DNA of 64,000 nucleotides from Gammaproteobacteria bacterium (GCA_965243395.1 CBDEUS010000002.1:910491-974490), one strand, 5' to 3'; positions 10,052 to 21,724 are shown, numbered from the stretch's first letter. The notes: generated by a model from the letters alone, not told the origin. Program-made: numbers and translations.

Positions 10052-10354
10052 ATGGCGCCAATATTCAGCCATATTGAGCCAGGGAGTTTTAAACTATCGG
10101 GTGATTTAACATTTACAAGCGTGCCTGAAGTTTGGGACCTGGCGCGTAAAATGTTGTTAGACGTGTACGAAGAAAATGTTGAAATTGATATTGGTTCAGT
10201 CGAGAAATTTGATAGTAGCGGTTTGGCATTATTAGTTGCATGGGCGCGATGGGCGCATTGCAATAACAAAGAACTAAAATATAGAAATGTTACTGAAAAA
10301 ACGAATAAGCTGATCGAAATTAATAAATTGCAGGATTTGCTAAAAACTAATTGA
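10052..10354 (+). CDS. mlaB: STAS-domain protein MlaB
   Basis: The 100-aa ORF has an anti-sigma-factor-antagonist-like STAS fold. It is the last gene of the mla operon, upstream of murA. Confidence 0.7.
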   Translation: MAPIFSHIEPGSFKLSGDLTFTSVPEVWDLARKMLLDVYEENVEIDIGSVEKFDSSGLALLVAWARWAHCNNKELKYRNVTEKTNKLIEINKLQDLLKTN

Positions 10355-10474
10355 ATCAACATTTTTATTGACTGACCATAACCTGCCCACTGGTATATGA
10401 TTGGTGGGTTGGTTAAGATCCTCTCTTAAACAATCTAATCTATAAACCTATTTCTACGTTCCTGCTTGGTTTAA

Positions 10475-11737
<1,263 letters not shown>

Positions 11738-11784
11738 ATATGAATAAATTAAAATTTTCTTAAGTAAAGAAATTTCTGAGAAGT

Positions 11785-12465
11785 ATGTCTACGCAAGCAA
11801 GTCAAAATGTAACCACGATTGCGGTTTCTAAAGGCCGTATCTTTGACGAAAGTTGTGAGTTATTAAAAAAGATTGGTATCACAGTTGCACAACAAGATCT
11901 TGATGGGCGTAAGTTGGTGTTACCAACGAATAAATCGGATGTTCGTATACTTATTATTCGAGCAACAGATGTGCCCACCTATGTTCAGTATGGTGCAGCT
12001 GAATTAGGCATAGTTGGCAAGGACACCCTGATGGAGTTTGCTGGTGATGGTATCTATGAACCGTTGGATCTTGGAATTGCTAAGTGCAAGCTTATGGTTG
12101 CAGGAGTGGAGGGTAAGATCGTCCAGAATGAAGCGGACCAAATTACATTGAGCCAAGGTCGTCGGCTGCGAGTGGCAACAAAATATTTGCAAAGCACACG
12201 CCGCTACTTTGCTTCAAAAGGACAGCAAGTCGAATTAATAAAACTCTATGGTTCTATGGAGCTAGCGCCCTTGTTGGGTCTTGCAGACTGCATTGTTGAT
12301 CTGGTAGCTACCGGTGGAACTTTAAAGGCAAATGGGTTGGTGGCGACAGAACATATTGCGGACATCAGCTCGCGCCTGATCGTCAACAAAGCAGCAATGA
12401 AGATAAAATCTGCTACACTTAAACCCTTGATTGAACAATTTAGGCTAGCTATCGAGAAACCCTAG
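11785..12465 (+). CDS. hisG: ATP phosphoribosyltransferase (short form)
   Basis: The 226-aa ORF matches the HisG short form, which implies a HisZ partner encoded elsewhere. Confidence 0.9.
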   Translation: MSTQASQNVTTIAVSKGRIFDESCELLKKIGITVAQQDLDGRKLVLPTNKSDVRILIIRATDVPTYVQYGAAELGIVGKDTLMEFAGDGIYEPLDLGIAKCKLMVAGVEGKIVQNEADQITLSQGRRLRVATKYLQSTRRYFASKGQQVELIKLYGSMELAPLLGLADCIVDLVATGGTLKANGLVATEHIADISSRLIVNKAAMKIKSATLKPLIEQFRLAIEKP

Positions 12466-12534
12466 GGTTTTCAAGAGAATTATTTTTAAAGCATAGAATA
12501 AAAACATAACGAGATTTTAGATTCAGGTACGGAC

Positions 12535-13614
12535 ATGAAATACCAAACGGACGACCTCAGGATAGTAGAAACTAAAGAAGTCATTGCACCTTCCAAGTTA
12601 CACCAAGAACTCCCCGTCAGTGAAAAGTCTGCACAGTGTGTATTTAATGCTCGCAGTGCGGTGCAAAAAATCTTACACGGAGAAGATGAGCGTTTATTGG
12701 CAATAGTAGGGCCATGTTCCATTCATGATCCTGAAGCTGCACGTGAATATTCTGAACGGTTAACTAAAGTACGTGATGAACTTGCGGGCGATTTAATGAT
12801 TATCATGCGTGTGTACTTTGAGAAACCACGTACCACTGTAGGTTGGAAAGGGTTGATTAATGATCCGAATTTGGATGACAGTTTTGAAATTAATCAGGGT
12901 TTGCGAATTGCACGTAAGTTGTTACTGGATTTAAATGAATCCGGTATGCCTGCGGGTACCGAATATCTAGACTTAATTAGTCCGCAATATGTTGCAGATT
13001 TAGTAAGTTGGGGCGCAATTGGTGCACGAACAACAGAAAGCCAAGTTCACAGAGAATTATCTTCTGGCTTGTCATGCCCGGTTGGATTTAAAAATGCAAC
13101 GGATGGTGGTTTGCAAGTTGCTGTGGATGCAATAGGTTCAGCAATGAATCCGCATCACTTTTTATCAGTGACGAAAGAAGGTAAATCTGCAATTTTTTCT
13201 ACCGCTGGAAATAAAGATTGCCACATCATATTGCGTGGTGGCAGCGATCAACCTAATTACAGTCCTGAAAGTATAAATGAGGCTTCTGATTTGCTTGAAA
13301 AATCAGGTTTAGCTGCGCGAATCATGGTTGATCTAAGCCATGCCAACAGTTTTAAGCAACATGAAAAGCAAGTTGAAGTTGGTAATTCAATTGCTCAGCA
13401 ACTCAGTGCAGGTGATATGCGTATATTTGGTGTAATGGTCGAAAGTCATCTAATTGGTGGACGACAAAATGCTAAACCTGGGCAAGAGCTTAAATATGGC
13501 CAGAGTATTACCGATGCTTGTCTGGGCTGGGAAGATACTGAAAGCTTGTTACACACGCTTGCCAACGCAGTTCGCGAACGACGACATTTTAAGTCTGCAG
13601 CAAGCGCGGCATAA
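12535..13614 (+). CDS. 3-deoxy-D-arabino-heptulosonate-7-phosphate synthase, class I (AroF/G/H family)
   Basis: The 359-aa ORF has the motifs LAIVGPCSIHD and RVYFEKPRTTVGWKGL, typical of class I-alpha DAHP synthase. It sits between hisG and hisD. Confidence 0.9.
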   Translation: MKYQTDDLRIVETKEVIAPSKLHQELPVSEKSAQCVFNARSAVQKILHGEDERLLAIVGPCSIHDPEAAREYSERLTKVRDELAGDLMIIMRVYFEKPRTTVGWKGLINDPNLDDSFEINQGLRIARKLLLDLNESGMPAGTEYLDLISPQYVADLVSWGAIGARTTESQVHRELSSGLSCPVGFKNATDGGLQVAVDAIGSAMNPHHFLSVTKEGKSAIFSTAGNKDCHIILRGGSDQPNYSPESINEASDLLEKSGLAARIMVDLSHANSFKQHEKQVEVGNSIAQQLSAGDMRIFGVMVESHLIGGRQNAKPGQELKYGQSITDACLGWEDTESLLHTLANAVRERRHFKSAASAA

Positions 13615-13629
13615 TTTCTCTACATTAAA

Positions 13630-14931
13630 ATGTTGAATATTCGCCGTCTTAATAGTCAAGACGCAGAGTTCTCTGCGCAATTTAATAATGTGCTACTGCA
13701 AAATCAGTCGGCAGAAAATGATGTGCGCGATACGGTCGAGGCAATAATAAAAGAAGTTCGTGAAAAGGGTGATCAAGCTTTACTTGAATACACAAAAAAA
13801 TTTGATCAAGTTGATGTTAAAAGTATTTCTGAATTAGAAATTTCTCCTGCTCAAATGAAAGAGTATGCAAGTCAAATTAGTACAGAGCAACGTAATGCAC
13901 TTGAAACGGCAGCTAAACGAATACGAGAATATGCTGAAAAACAAAGCTTACAATCGTGGTCCACCAAAGATGATGATGGAAATGAGTTAGGGCAAATTGT
14001 TACGGCCTTAGAAAAGGTAGGTGTCTATGTGCCGGGTGGCAAAGCGGCTTATCCTTCATCAGTATTAATGAATACCATTCCTGCCAAGGTGGCTGGTGTA
14101 AGCTCAATTAATATGGTTGTGCCTACGCCAGGGGGTGAAATCAATTCTATGGTCATGGCTGCGGCGTTAGTGGCTGGAGTGGATCGAGCTTTTGCTATTG
14201 GTGGTGCGCAAGCAATAGCAGCATTAGCTCATGGAACGGAGACGATTCCAAAAGTAGATAAGATCGTAGGGCCAGGTAATGCCTATGTCGCAACGGCTAA
14301 ACAACTTGTTTTTGGGCAAGTTGGTATTGATATGCTTGCAGGGCCATCAGAGGTTTTGGTTATTTGTGATGAAAGTGCTAATCCGCAATGGATAGCGATG
14401 GATTTATTTTCTCAAGCAGAACACGATGAAAAAGCACGTGCTATTTTAATAAGTACTCGAGCAGATTTTTTTGATCAAGTACAAGAACAGATGCAGTCGT
14501 TACTTAAAGAATTAGATCGTGCTGAGATTATTACTCGATCTATAAACGATTGCGGTGCATTTATAAAAGTTAAAAATCTAGATGAAGCAGCAGAATTATC
14601 TAATCAAATTGCACCCGAACATTTAGAGCTTTGTGTTTCAGACCCAGAGGCATTGATGAAAAAAATACGCAATGCTGGAGCAATATTTTTAGGTCATTAT
14701 TCGCCCGAAGTTTTTGGTGATTATTGTGCAGGTTCCAATCATGTTTTACCCACGGCAGGTACTGCACGTTTTTCTTCGCCATTAGGTGTATATGATTTTC
14801 AAAAACGCAGCAGTGTAGTGAACTGTTCCAAAATGGGTGCCGAGAAATTAAGTGCTGTAGCTTCTACTTTGGCTGAATCCGAAGGTTTAACTGCACATGC
14901 TCAATCTGCCGAATATCGTAAGAAGCTCTAA
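13630..14931 (+). CDS. hisD: histidinol dehydrogenase
   Basis: The 433-aa ORF matches the HisD family. Confidence 0.95.
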   Translation: MLNIRRLNSQDAEFSAQFNNVLLQNQSAENDVRDTVEAIIKEVREKGDQALLEYTKKFDQVDVKSISELEISPAQMKEYASQISTEQRNALETAAKRIREYAEKQSLQSWSTKDDDGNELGQIVTALEKVGVYVPGGKAAYPSSVLMNTIPAKVAGVSSINMVVPTPGGEINSMVMAAALVAGVDRAFAIGGAQAIAALAHGTETIPKVDKIVGPGNAYVATAKQLVFGQVGIDMLAGPSEVLVICDESANPQWIAMDLFSQAEHDEKARAILISTRADFFDQVQEQMQSLLKELDRAEIITRSINDCGAFIKVKNLDEAAELSNQIAPEHLELCVSDPEALMKKIRNAGAIFLGHYSPEVFGDYCAGSNHVLPTAGTARFSSPLGVYDFQKRSSVVNCSKMGAEKLSAVASTLAESEGLTAHAQSAEYRKKL

Positions 14932-15055
14932 TTTATCTTTATACGTCGTTAAAAAATAATCTTAATATCGCTCATGTATAATCAAATACACATCGCTCAT
15001 TTTGATATTTTTTGCCTCGTCTAAAAATAAATTAGAACTTCCTTGAATTGGTAAA

Positions 15056-16129
15056 ATGAAAATTCTTCCTGAAAATTTATTACGTGCTGAGCTTGCGACT
15101 ATGCAGGCTTATCATGTGCCTGATACAAGTGGGCTAATAAAATTAGATGCGATGGAAAATCCATACGCATTTCCTGATTCATTACGCGAACAATGGTTAG
15201 CTGAATTAAAAAGTGTTGAACTGAATCGTTATCCAAATCCACATGCTGTAAACCTTAAAAAAACATTTCAGCAAGTTTTTTCACTTTCGCCAAATTTTGA
15301 ATTAATGTTTGGCAATGGTTCAGACGAACTAATTCAATTGTTAATCATGGCTATAGCAAAACCAGGAGCTACAGTGTTAACTGTAACGCCAAGTTTTTCA
15401 ATGTATAAGCTAATTGGCGAATATATAGGCGTCAATGTTGTTGAAGTTCCATTACAACAAGATAATTTTGCATTGCAATTGGATTTACTTGCTGCAGAAA
15501 TTCAAAAACATCAACCTGCGCTAATTTTTTTAGCCTGTCCTAACAACCCTACTGGAACTCTTTGGCCAAAAAATGAAATTGAAAGCATTATAAAAATAGC
15601 AACAGGATTGGTGGTGATTGATGAGGCTTACTCACCTTTTGCAGCTTATTCAATGAAATCCTTGGTTGAACAATATCCTCATGCTTTGTTGATGCGCACC
15701 ATTTCTAAAATGGGACTGGCAGGTTTACGCTTAGGTTGGCTATATGGTTCAGCACAGTGGCTCAATGAACTAAACAAAATGCGTTTACCTTATAATATCA
15801 ACATATTAACGCAGGCGAGCGCTAATTTTGCTTTGCAAAATTTTGCGATATTAGATGAACAAGCAAAACAAATTTGCCAACAACGTGAAGTTTTGTTCTC
15901 AACATTACAGGCAATGGAAAATGTAGAGCCATTCCCAAGTCAAGCAAACTTTATTCTGTTTAGAGTTATAAACGGTTCTGCTACTGATGTTTATAACAAT
16001 TTGTTAGAGCATAAAATTATTATCAAAAATGTTTCTAATAATATGCTGTTAGAAAATTGTTTACGTGTGACGATAGGTACGCAAGATGAAAATCAAGCCT
16101 TTGTTGATGCATTAACAAAATCTTTATGA
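15056..16129 (+). CDS. hisC: histidinol-phosphate aminotransferase
   Basis: The 357-aa class II aminotransferase sits next to hisD. Confidence 0.9.
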   Translation: MKILPENLLRAELATMQAYHVPDTSGLIKLDAMENPYAFPDSLREQWLAELKSVELNRYPNPHAVNLKKTFQQVFSLSPNFELMFGNGSDELIQLLIMAIAKPGATVLTVTPSFSMYKLIGEYIGVNVVEVPLQQDNFALQLDLLAAEIQKHQPALIFLACPNNPTGTLWPKNEIESIIKIATGLVVIDEAYSPFAAYSMKSLVEQYPHALLMRTISKMGLAGLRLGWLYGSAQWLNELNKMRLPYNINILTQASANFALQNFAILDEQAKQICQQREVLFSTLQAMENVEPFPSQANFILFRVINGSATDVYNNLLEHKIIIKNVSNNMLLENCLRVTIGTQDENQAFVDALTKSL

Positions 16130-16143
16130 AAATCTAATGATGC

Positions 16144-17292
16144 TTATCGATATAGAGGGCGCTGATCGATTTTTGCATCAATTTCAAAAGTTTTGCCGCG
16201 GCGTAAACCTGCAATAGTTATTTCGGATCCTGGCCTACTGCTGGCTATTTCGTTTTGAATGGTTTTAGCATCACGAATAAGCTTCTCATTAAATGTTAAG
16301 ATAATATCTCCAGGACGAATTCCTGCTTTATATGCTGGACTTTGACGTACTACACCTGCAACTAGTACGCCAGTGCGCTCTTTCAAGCCAAATGATTCAG
16401 CGAGTTGGGGAGAAAGATTTTGCAGTTCTAGACCTAACCAGCCACGAATAACACGGCCATGTTCGATTATTTGTGCCATAACATCACTTGCTAAACCAAT
16501 GGGAATTGCAAATCCAATGCCTTGTGACCCACCTGATTTAGAAAAAATTGCGGTGTTAATACCTACTAGTTCTCCATATGCATTTATTAATGCTCCTCCT
16601 GAATTGCCCGGATTAATCGCCGCATCCGTTTGAATGAAATTTTCAAACGTATTGATTCCTAATCTATCTCTCCCCGTTGCACTGATAATTCCTTGAGTTA
16701 CGGTTTGTCCAAATCCAAAAGGATTTCCTATAGCAAGCACAACATCACCAACTTGCAAGTTAGATGAATCACTAATTATTGCTGTCGGAAGATTTTCAAC
16801 TTCTATGGTGAGTACAGCTAGATCCGTTTCAGGGTCTGCACCTAGAACATTTGCGGGAACTGTATGACCGTCTGCAAGAAGGACTGCAATTTCATCAGCA
16901 TTTTCGATAACATGATAGTTTGTTAATACATAACCCTGACTACTCATAATTACACCTGAACCCAAACTGGTTTGAGTGCGTTGTTGTGGTCGATTCAATT
17001 CACCAAAAAAGCGACGCAATAGTGGGCTATCTAAAAGAGGGCTTGGTCGTGTAACAATTTGTTTACTTGTGTAGATGTTTACAACTGCGGGACTGGCTCG
17101 TTGTACAGCTTGTGCATAGGAAACAGGTCCAGATCCTAAATTATCGGGTCGGTCCGAACTATCTTGTAAAAATTCGACCACTGGACGTTTATCGATTACA
17201 TAGTCCGGTAAGAATATAAGCAATAACACAGCAGCAAGCACACCAACTGCAACGGCTTGAAATATAAAAAGTAAGAGCTTGCGAATATTCAT
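16144..17292 (-). CDS. degS: DegS/AlgW-like periplasmic serine endoprotease (trypsin domain plus one PDZ)
   Basis: The 382-aa ORF has an N-terminal TM anchor and the catalytic triad context (TNYHV, DLAVL, GNSGGAL), followed by a single PDZ domain. Its position next to hisC matches Pseudomonas algW. Confidence 0.85.
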   Translation of the reverse strand: MNIRKLLLFIFQAVAVGVLAAVLLLIFLPDYVIDKRPVVEFLQDSSDRPDNLGSGPVSYAQAVQRASPAVVNIYTSKQIVTRPSPLLDSPLLRRFFGELNRPQQRTQTSLGSGVIMSSQGYVLTNYHVIENADEIAVLLADGHTVPANVLGADPETDLAVLTIEVENLPTAIISDSSNLQVGDVVLAIGNPFGFGQTVTQGIISATGRDRLGINTFENFIQTDAAINPGNSGGALINAYGELVGINTAIFSKSGGSQGIGFAIPIGLASDVMAQIIEHGRVIRGWLGLELQNLSPQLAESFGLKERTGVLVAGVVRQSPAYKAGIRPGDIILTFNEKLIRDAKTIQNEIASSRPGSEITIAGLRRGKTFEIDAKIDQRPLYR

Positions 17293-17331
17293 AAGTGCGA
17301 TAATCTACTCAACTACTACATTGTTTGTTTA

Positions 17332-18099
17332 TTGTTCATTATGGCCTTGTTAGCAGAACTTACAGAATACATAAATACTTTTTTGCAGGTTGATCGATTT
17401 AAAGATTACTGTCCAAATGGTTTGCAAGTAGAGGGTAATAGCGAGGTTCATAGTGTAGTCACTGGGGTAACCGCAAGCCAGGCCCTAATCGATATAGCTT
17501 GTGAAAAAAAAGCGGATGCAATTTTAGTTCATCATGGCTATTTTTGGCGTAATGAAGAAGCCCAGATAACGGGTATTAAGCGCAAACGAATTGCAACACT
17601 GTTAGATCATAATATTAGTCTTTTAGCCTATCATTTACCGCTCGATGCACATCCAGAGGTTGGAAATAATGTGCAGCTTGGCCAATTATTAGGCATCCAA
17701 ATAGATGGTGAGTTGCTAAATAGCTCTCATAGTATTTGTGGAAGTTATGGTCGTCTAAAAACTCCTTTGCCAGCTGAGCAATTTAAACAGCTAATTGATA
17801 AAACACTAGGTAGAAAAAGTACCCATATCCATGCTGGGTCATCCGATATAACCACAATTGGTTGGTGTACAGGTGCTGGGCAAGCTTTCATCGAAATAGC
17901 AGTGCGACAAGAATTAGACGCTTATATAAGTGGTGAAATTTCTGAAGCGACTACCCATATAGCGCGTGAGTCAGGTATTCATTATTTTGCTGCGGGACAT
18001 CATGCAACCGAGCGATATGGCGTCCAAGCACTTGGTGCAAATTTAGCTAAACAATTTGGGATAGAGCACGAATTTGTAGATGTGGATAACCCCGCGTAA
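17332..18099 (+). CDS. Nif3-family dinuclear metal center protein (YbgI/YqfO)
   Basis: The 255-aa ORF matches the Nif3 family. Confidence 0.8.
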   Translation: MFIMALLAELTEYINTFLQVDRFKDYCPNGLQVEGNSEVHSVVTGVTASQALIDIACEKKADAILVHHGYFWRNEEAQITGIKRKRIATLLDHNISLLAYHLPLDAHPEVGNNVQLGQLLGIQIDGELLNSSHSICGSYGRLKTPLPAEQFKQLIDKTLGRKSTHIHAGSSDITTIGWCTGAGQAFIEIAVRQELDAYISGEISEATTHIARESGIHYFAAGHHATERYGVQALGANLAKQFGIEHEFVDVDNPA

Positions 18100-18270
18100 T
18101 TAAAGCAATTTTTTAACTTCTACTTGACGAAATTGGGTTCTTGCGCCATCCTACTCGTCCTTTGTGAGGCTGCATTCACAAAAAAACATTAAATAAAAAT
18201 CATCAATATTTCATCTTTTAAAGTTAACTAGTCCCAAGACTTCGTTGTGTAAAGCTAGGAGAGTGAGTAC

Positions 18271-18870
18271 ATGGCAAAAGACAACATTGATCACAATCGC
18301 CGCAAAGCACTGACAAATAGTGTCGCAGTAGTAGGTGGCGTTGGCGCTGCGGTTGCAACTTGGCCCTTTATTTCAAGCATGAATCCAAGTGCGAGTGCAC
18401 TTGCTGCAGGTGCACCGGTAGAAGTAGATGTCAGCAAAATGGAACCGGGACAACAAATTCAGGAAATTTGGCGTCGTAAACCTGTTTGGATTATTCGTCG
18501 TACTCCTGAGATGGTACAAACCCTTGCCGGTTTAACAGATAAGCTTCGTGACCCCGATTCTAAAGAAATTTCTCAGCAACCAGCTTTTGCACAAAACGAA
18601 ATACGTTCAATTAAACAAGAATATTTAGTGCTCATTGGGATTTGCACACATTTAGGTTGCTCGCCTGAATTTAAACCTGACCCAGGTGGTAACTTAGGAG
18701 CAACATGGCGGGGTGGATTTTATTGTGCATGCCATGGCTCACGTTTTGATTTGGCAGGGCGTGTATACAAAAATATGCCTGCTAATAAAAATTTGGCAGT
18801 GCCTCCTTATCATTTTGTTAGTGATAACAGAATATTGATCGGCCTAACACAAGATGAGGCTAAAGCATGA
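18271..18870 (+). CDS. petA: ubiquinol-cytochrome c reductase Rieske iron-sulfur subunit
   Basis: It has a Tat-like N-terminus and the Rieske motifs CTHLGC and CACHGS. Confidence 0.9.
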   Translation: MAKDNIDHNRRKALTNSVAVVGGVGAAVATWPFISSMNPSASALAAGAPVEVDVSKMEPGQQIQEIWRRKPVWIIRRTPEMVQTLAGLTDKLRDPDSKEISQQPAFAQNEIRSIKQEYLVLIGICTHLGCSPEFKPDPGGNLGATWRGGFYCACHGSRFDLAGRVYKNMPANKNLAVPPYHFVSDNRILIGLTQDEAKA

Positions 18871-20285
18871 GTGAGTCATCAAAAACTGTAGAGCCTCAGG
18901 GTCTGTTGGGTTGGATAGATGCTCGTTTTCCTCTCACCAAGATGATAAGGGAGCATCTATCGGAATATTATGCACCGAAAAATTTTAACTTCTGGTACTT
19001 CTTTGGTTCCCTCGCGTTACTTGTACTCGTTATTCAAATTTTAACCGGTATCTTTTTAACTATGCATTATAAACCTGATGCAGAACTAGCATTTGCATCG
19101 GTAGAACACATCATGCGTGATGTGAATTGGGGCTGGTTAATTCGTTATATGCATTCTACGGGCGCATCATTCTTTTTTATTGTTGTGTATTTGCACATGT
19201 TCAGAGGTTTGATGTATGGCTCATTCAAAAGTCCCCGTGAACTCATTTGGATTTTTGGCATGCTTATATATGTTGCCTTAATGGCTGAAGCTTTCATGGG
19301 TTATTTATTGCCTTGGGGCAATATGTCTTACTGGGGTGCACAAGTAATTATTAACTTGTTTAACACCATCCCTGGAGTTGGCGAAGCGATTTCTGAATGG
19401 TTGCGTGGTGATTTTGTAATTTCTGATGCCACGTTGAATCGATTTTTCTCATTGCACGTCATTGCAGTTCCTCTTGCATTGTTAGGTTTAATCGTTGGGC
19501 ATATTCTTGCTTTGCATGAAGTAGGCTCTAACAACCCTGATGGTGTTGAAATTAAAAAGCTTAAAGATGCAAATGGCGTACCACTAGATGGAATTCCTTT
19601 TCACCCATACTACACCGTGAAAGATATTTTTGGAGCGGTGGTGTTCTTAGCAATATTTTCTGGCGTTGTATTTTTCTGGCCTGAAGTAAACGGTTATTTC
19701 TTAGAGCATGCTAACTTTGATCCTGCAAATCCGTTAAATACGCCGGATCATATTGCACCCATTTGGTATTTCACGCCGTTTTACACTGTTTTGCGTGCCG
19801 TACCCAATCCATTTGGTGGATTCTTAATGATGGGTTTAGCCATCATAGTTCTATTCTTCTTGCCATGGATAGATCGTAATCCTATTAGATCAATCAGATA
19901 TCGTAGCTTATTATTCAAGATAAACTTATGGATATTTGCCATTACATTTATCATTCTAGGTTATTTGGGATTAAAGCCTGTTACAGATTTATATTCACAA
20001 TTAGCTTTACGTTTTACGCAAATTTATTTCATATTTTTCTTTGTGTTGTGGGCCTATAACAAACCGCGTTCAAATGGATTCTGGACAGGTAGTTTTATAG
20101 TGCTTTTAGGAAGCATCGTTTTATATGACTTTGTAAGGAGTAGGGGTGTGGATGATCCATCCATAATTGCGTTGACTTGGTGGACCTTGTTAATTCCTGC
20201 AGTATATTTATTTCTAACCCTGTTGATGCCAGAGCTATCGAATTGGGATCGAGAAAAAGAAGTTCCAGAGCGAGTGACATCATGA
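18867..20285 (+). CDS. petB: cytochrome b of bc1 complex, with extra C-terminal insertion
   Basis: The 472-aa ORF has the conserved N-terminal region and heme-ligating His residues. It is about 65 aa longer than typical proteobacterial cytochrome b. Confidence 0.9.
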   Translation: MSESSKTVEPQGLLGWIDARFPLTKMIREHLSEYYAPKNFNFWYFFGSLALLVLVIQILTGIFLTMHYKPDAELAFASVEHIMRDVNWGWLIRYMHSTGASFFFIVVYLHMFRGLMYGSFKSPRELIWIFGMLIYVALMAEAFMGYLLPWGNMSYWGAQVIINLFNTIPGVGEAISEWLRGDFVISDATLNRFFSLHVIAVPLALLGLIVGHILALHEVGSNNPDGVEIKKLKDANGVPLDGIPFHPYYTVKDIFGAVVFLAIFSGVVFFWPEVNGYFLEHANFDPANPLNTPDHIAPIWYFTPFYTVLRAVPNPFGGFLMMGLAIIVLFFLPWIDRNPIRSIRYRSLLFKINLWIFAITFIILGYLGLKPVTDLYSQLALRFTQIYFIFFFVLWAYNKPRSNGFWTGSFIVLLGSIVLYDFVRSRGVDDPSIIALTWWTLLIPAVYLFLTLLMPELSNWDREKEVPERVTS

Positions 20286-21052
20286 AAATGCTAAACAAAT
20301 TATTTTTCCTGTTCACTTTATTCTTCTCAACCACCGGAATTGTATGGAGTGCAGGTGGTGGGAATGATGATTTAGAAAAACAACTAGGCAAAGTTCATAT
20401 CCAGCTAAGTAATAAGGCTTCATTACAGCGTGGTGCGAAGTACTTTGTGAACTATTGTTTAAGTTGCCATCCTGCACAACATAGTCGTTATAAAAGAGTG
20501 GCAGATGATCTGGGTATTCCAGAAGATAAAATGATCGAAAATTTAATTTTCACTGGCCAAAAGTTTGGTGATTTAATGACTGTGGCAATGAAACGTGAGG
20601 ATGCGAAAACATGGTTTCTAGGTGTGGACCCACCTGATTTAAGTACGCATGTGCGTGCTATCGGACCACAAGCAGTTTATAACTTTCTTATGTCGTTTTA
20701 TATTGATGAATCTCGCCCATTTGGTGTGAATAATCTGCATTTAAATAACACCGCCATGCCACATGTATTAGCAGACTTGCAAGGATTGCAACGTGCTGAT
20801 TTTCATATAGCTCCTGATCCGAGTGGTATAGAACATAAAGAGTTTGATCAATTTGAATTAGTTCAGCCAGGTTCATTAACTGAAGATGAATATAAACAAG
20901 TCGTAACTGATTTAGTTAATTTTCTAGCCTACCTTAGTGAGCCCGCGCAATTAGTTCGTAAAAAAGTAGGTACTGGCGTACTGATATTTCTCGCTTTTCT
21001 AGGTGTAATTGCTTATTTCTTGAAGAAGAATTATTGGCAAGACGTACACTAA
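20282..21052 (+). CDS. petC: cytochrome c1
   Basis: The in-frame ATG at 20282 overlaps the petB stop (ATGA). It has a signal peptide, a CXXCH motif (CLSCH) and a C-terminal TM anchor. The ORF-track start at 20177 would overlap petB and is unlikely. Confidence 0.85.
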   Translation: MKMLNKLFFLFTLFFSTTGIVWSAGGGNDDLEKQLGKVHIQLSNKASLQRGAKYFVNYCLSCHPAQHSRYKRVADDLGIPEDKMIENLIFTGQKFGDLMTVAMKREDAKTWFLGVDPPDLSTHVRAIGPQAVYNFLMSFYIDESRPFGVNNLHLNNTAMPHVLADLQGLQRADFHIAPDPSGIEHKEFDQFELVQPGSLTEDEYKQVVTDLVNFLAYLSEPAQLVRKKVGTGVLIFLAFLGVIAYFLKKNYWQDVH

Positions 21053-21094
21053 AAATTTGCTCATAACCTTTAAAACAAAAATAAAGAGATTAAT

Positions 21095-21724
21095 ATGGCC
21101 TTAGTTGCAAACCGTCGCTCGGGAATGACGCTATTTTCGGATCCACATTGTGCCCAGAGTCATCGTACTCGTATCGTTTTAGCGGAAAAAGATATTACGG
21201 TTGATGTTGTACACATTGATCCAAACAACAAACCCGAAGATTTGCTTGATGTAAATCCATATAACTCTGTCCCTACACTCATCGATCGAGAATTGGTGCT
21301 TTATGATGCCCGCGTCATTATGGAATACTTGGATGAGCGTTTTCCTCATCCGCCATTAATGCCTGTAGATCCTGTATCACGTTCTAAATCACGTCTGGCA
21401 TTGTTTCATATTGAAAAAGATTGGTATGTACCGTTAAGTGAAATTAATTCAAGTAATACTATTGCCGCAGATAACGCAAAAAAAGCTTTGCAAGAAAGCA
21501 TACTTTCTACAGTAGAAGTGTTTAATGCAAAGCCGTATTTTTTAAGTGATGAATTTAGTTTGGTAGATTGCAGTATTGCTCCCATTTTATGGAGATTACC
21601 TTATTTCGGTATCAAACTAGGTGCATCAGCAAAGCCTATTATGCAATATGCTGAACGTGTATTTGATCGACCTTCTTTCCGAAGTAGTCTTTCTGAAGAA
21701 GAAGTCGAAATGTGGCCAGGTTAG
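21095..21724 (+). CDS. sspA: stringent starvation protein A (GST-like)
   Basis: The 209-aa ORF has a GST fold and sits upstream of sspB. Confidence 0.85.
   Translation: MALVANRRSGMTLFSDPHCAQSHRTRIVLAEKDITVDVVHIDPNNKPEDLLDVNPYNSVPTLIDRELVLYDARVIMEYLDERFPHPPLMPVDPVSRSKSRLALFHIEKDWYVPLSEINSSNTIAADNAKKALQESILSTVEVFNAKPYFLSDEFSLVDCSIAPILWRLPYFGIKLGASAKPIMQYAERVFDRPSFRSSLSEEEVEMWPG

Noticed and set aside
10368-10399. Possible sigma-70 promoter TTGACT ... TGGTATATG upstream of murA
   Set aside because: The -35 hexamer is good. The best -10 candidates are either a poor match at 17-nt spacing or a decent match at 20-nt spacing, which is too ambiguous to call.
20177-20281. Extended N-terminus for cytochrome c1 from the ORF-track start
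   Set aside because: It would overlap the 3' end of petB by about 105 nt and adds no signal peptide. The ATG at 20282 overlapping the petB stop, followed by a classic signal peptide, is the better start.
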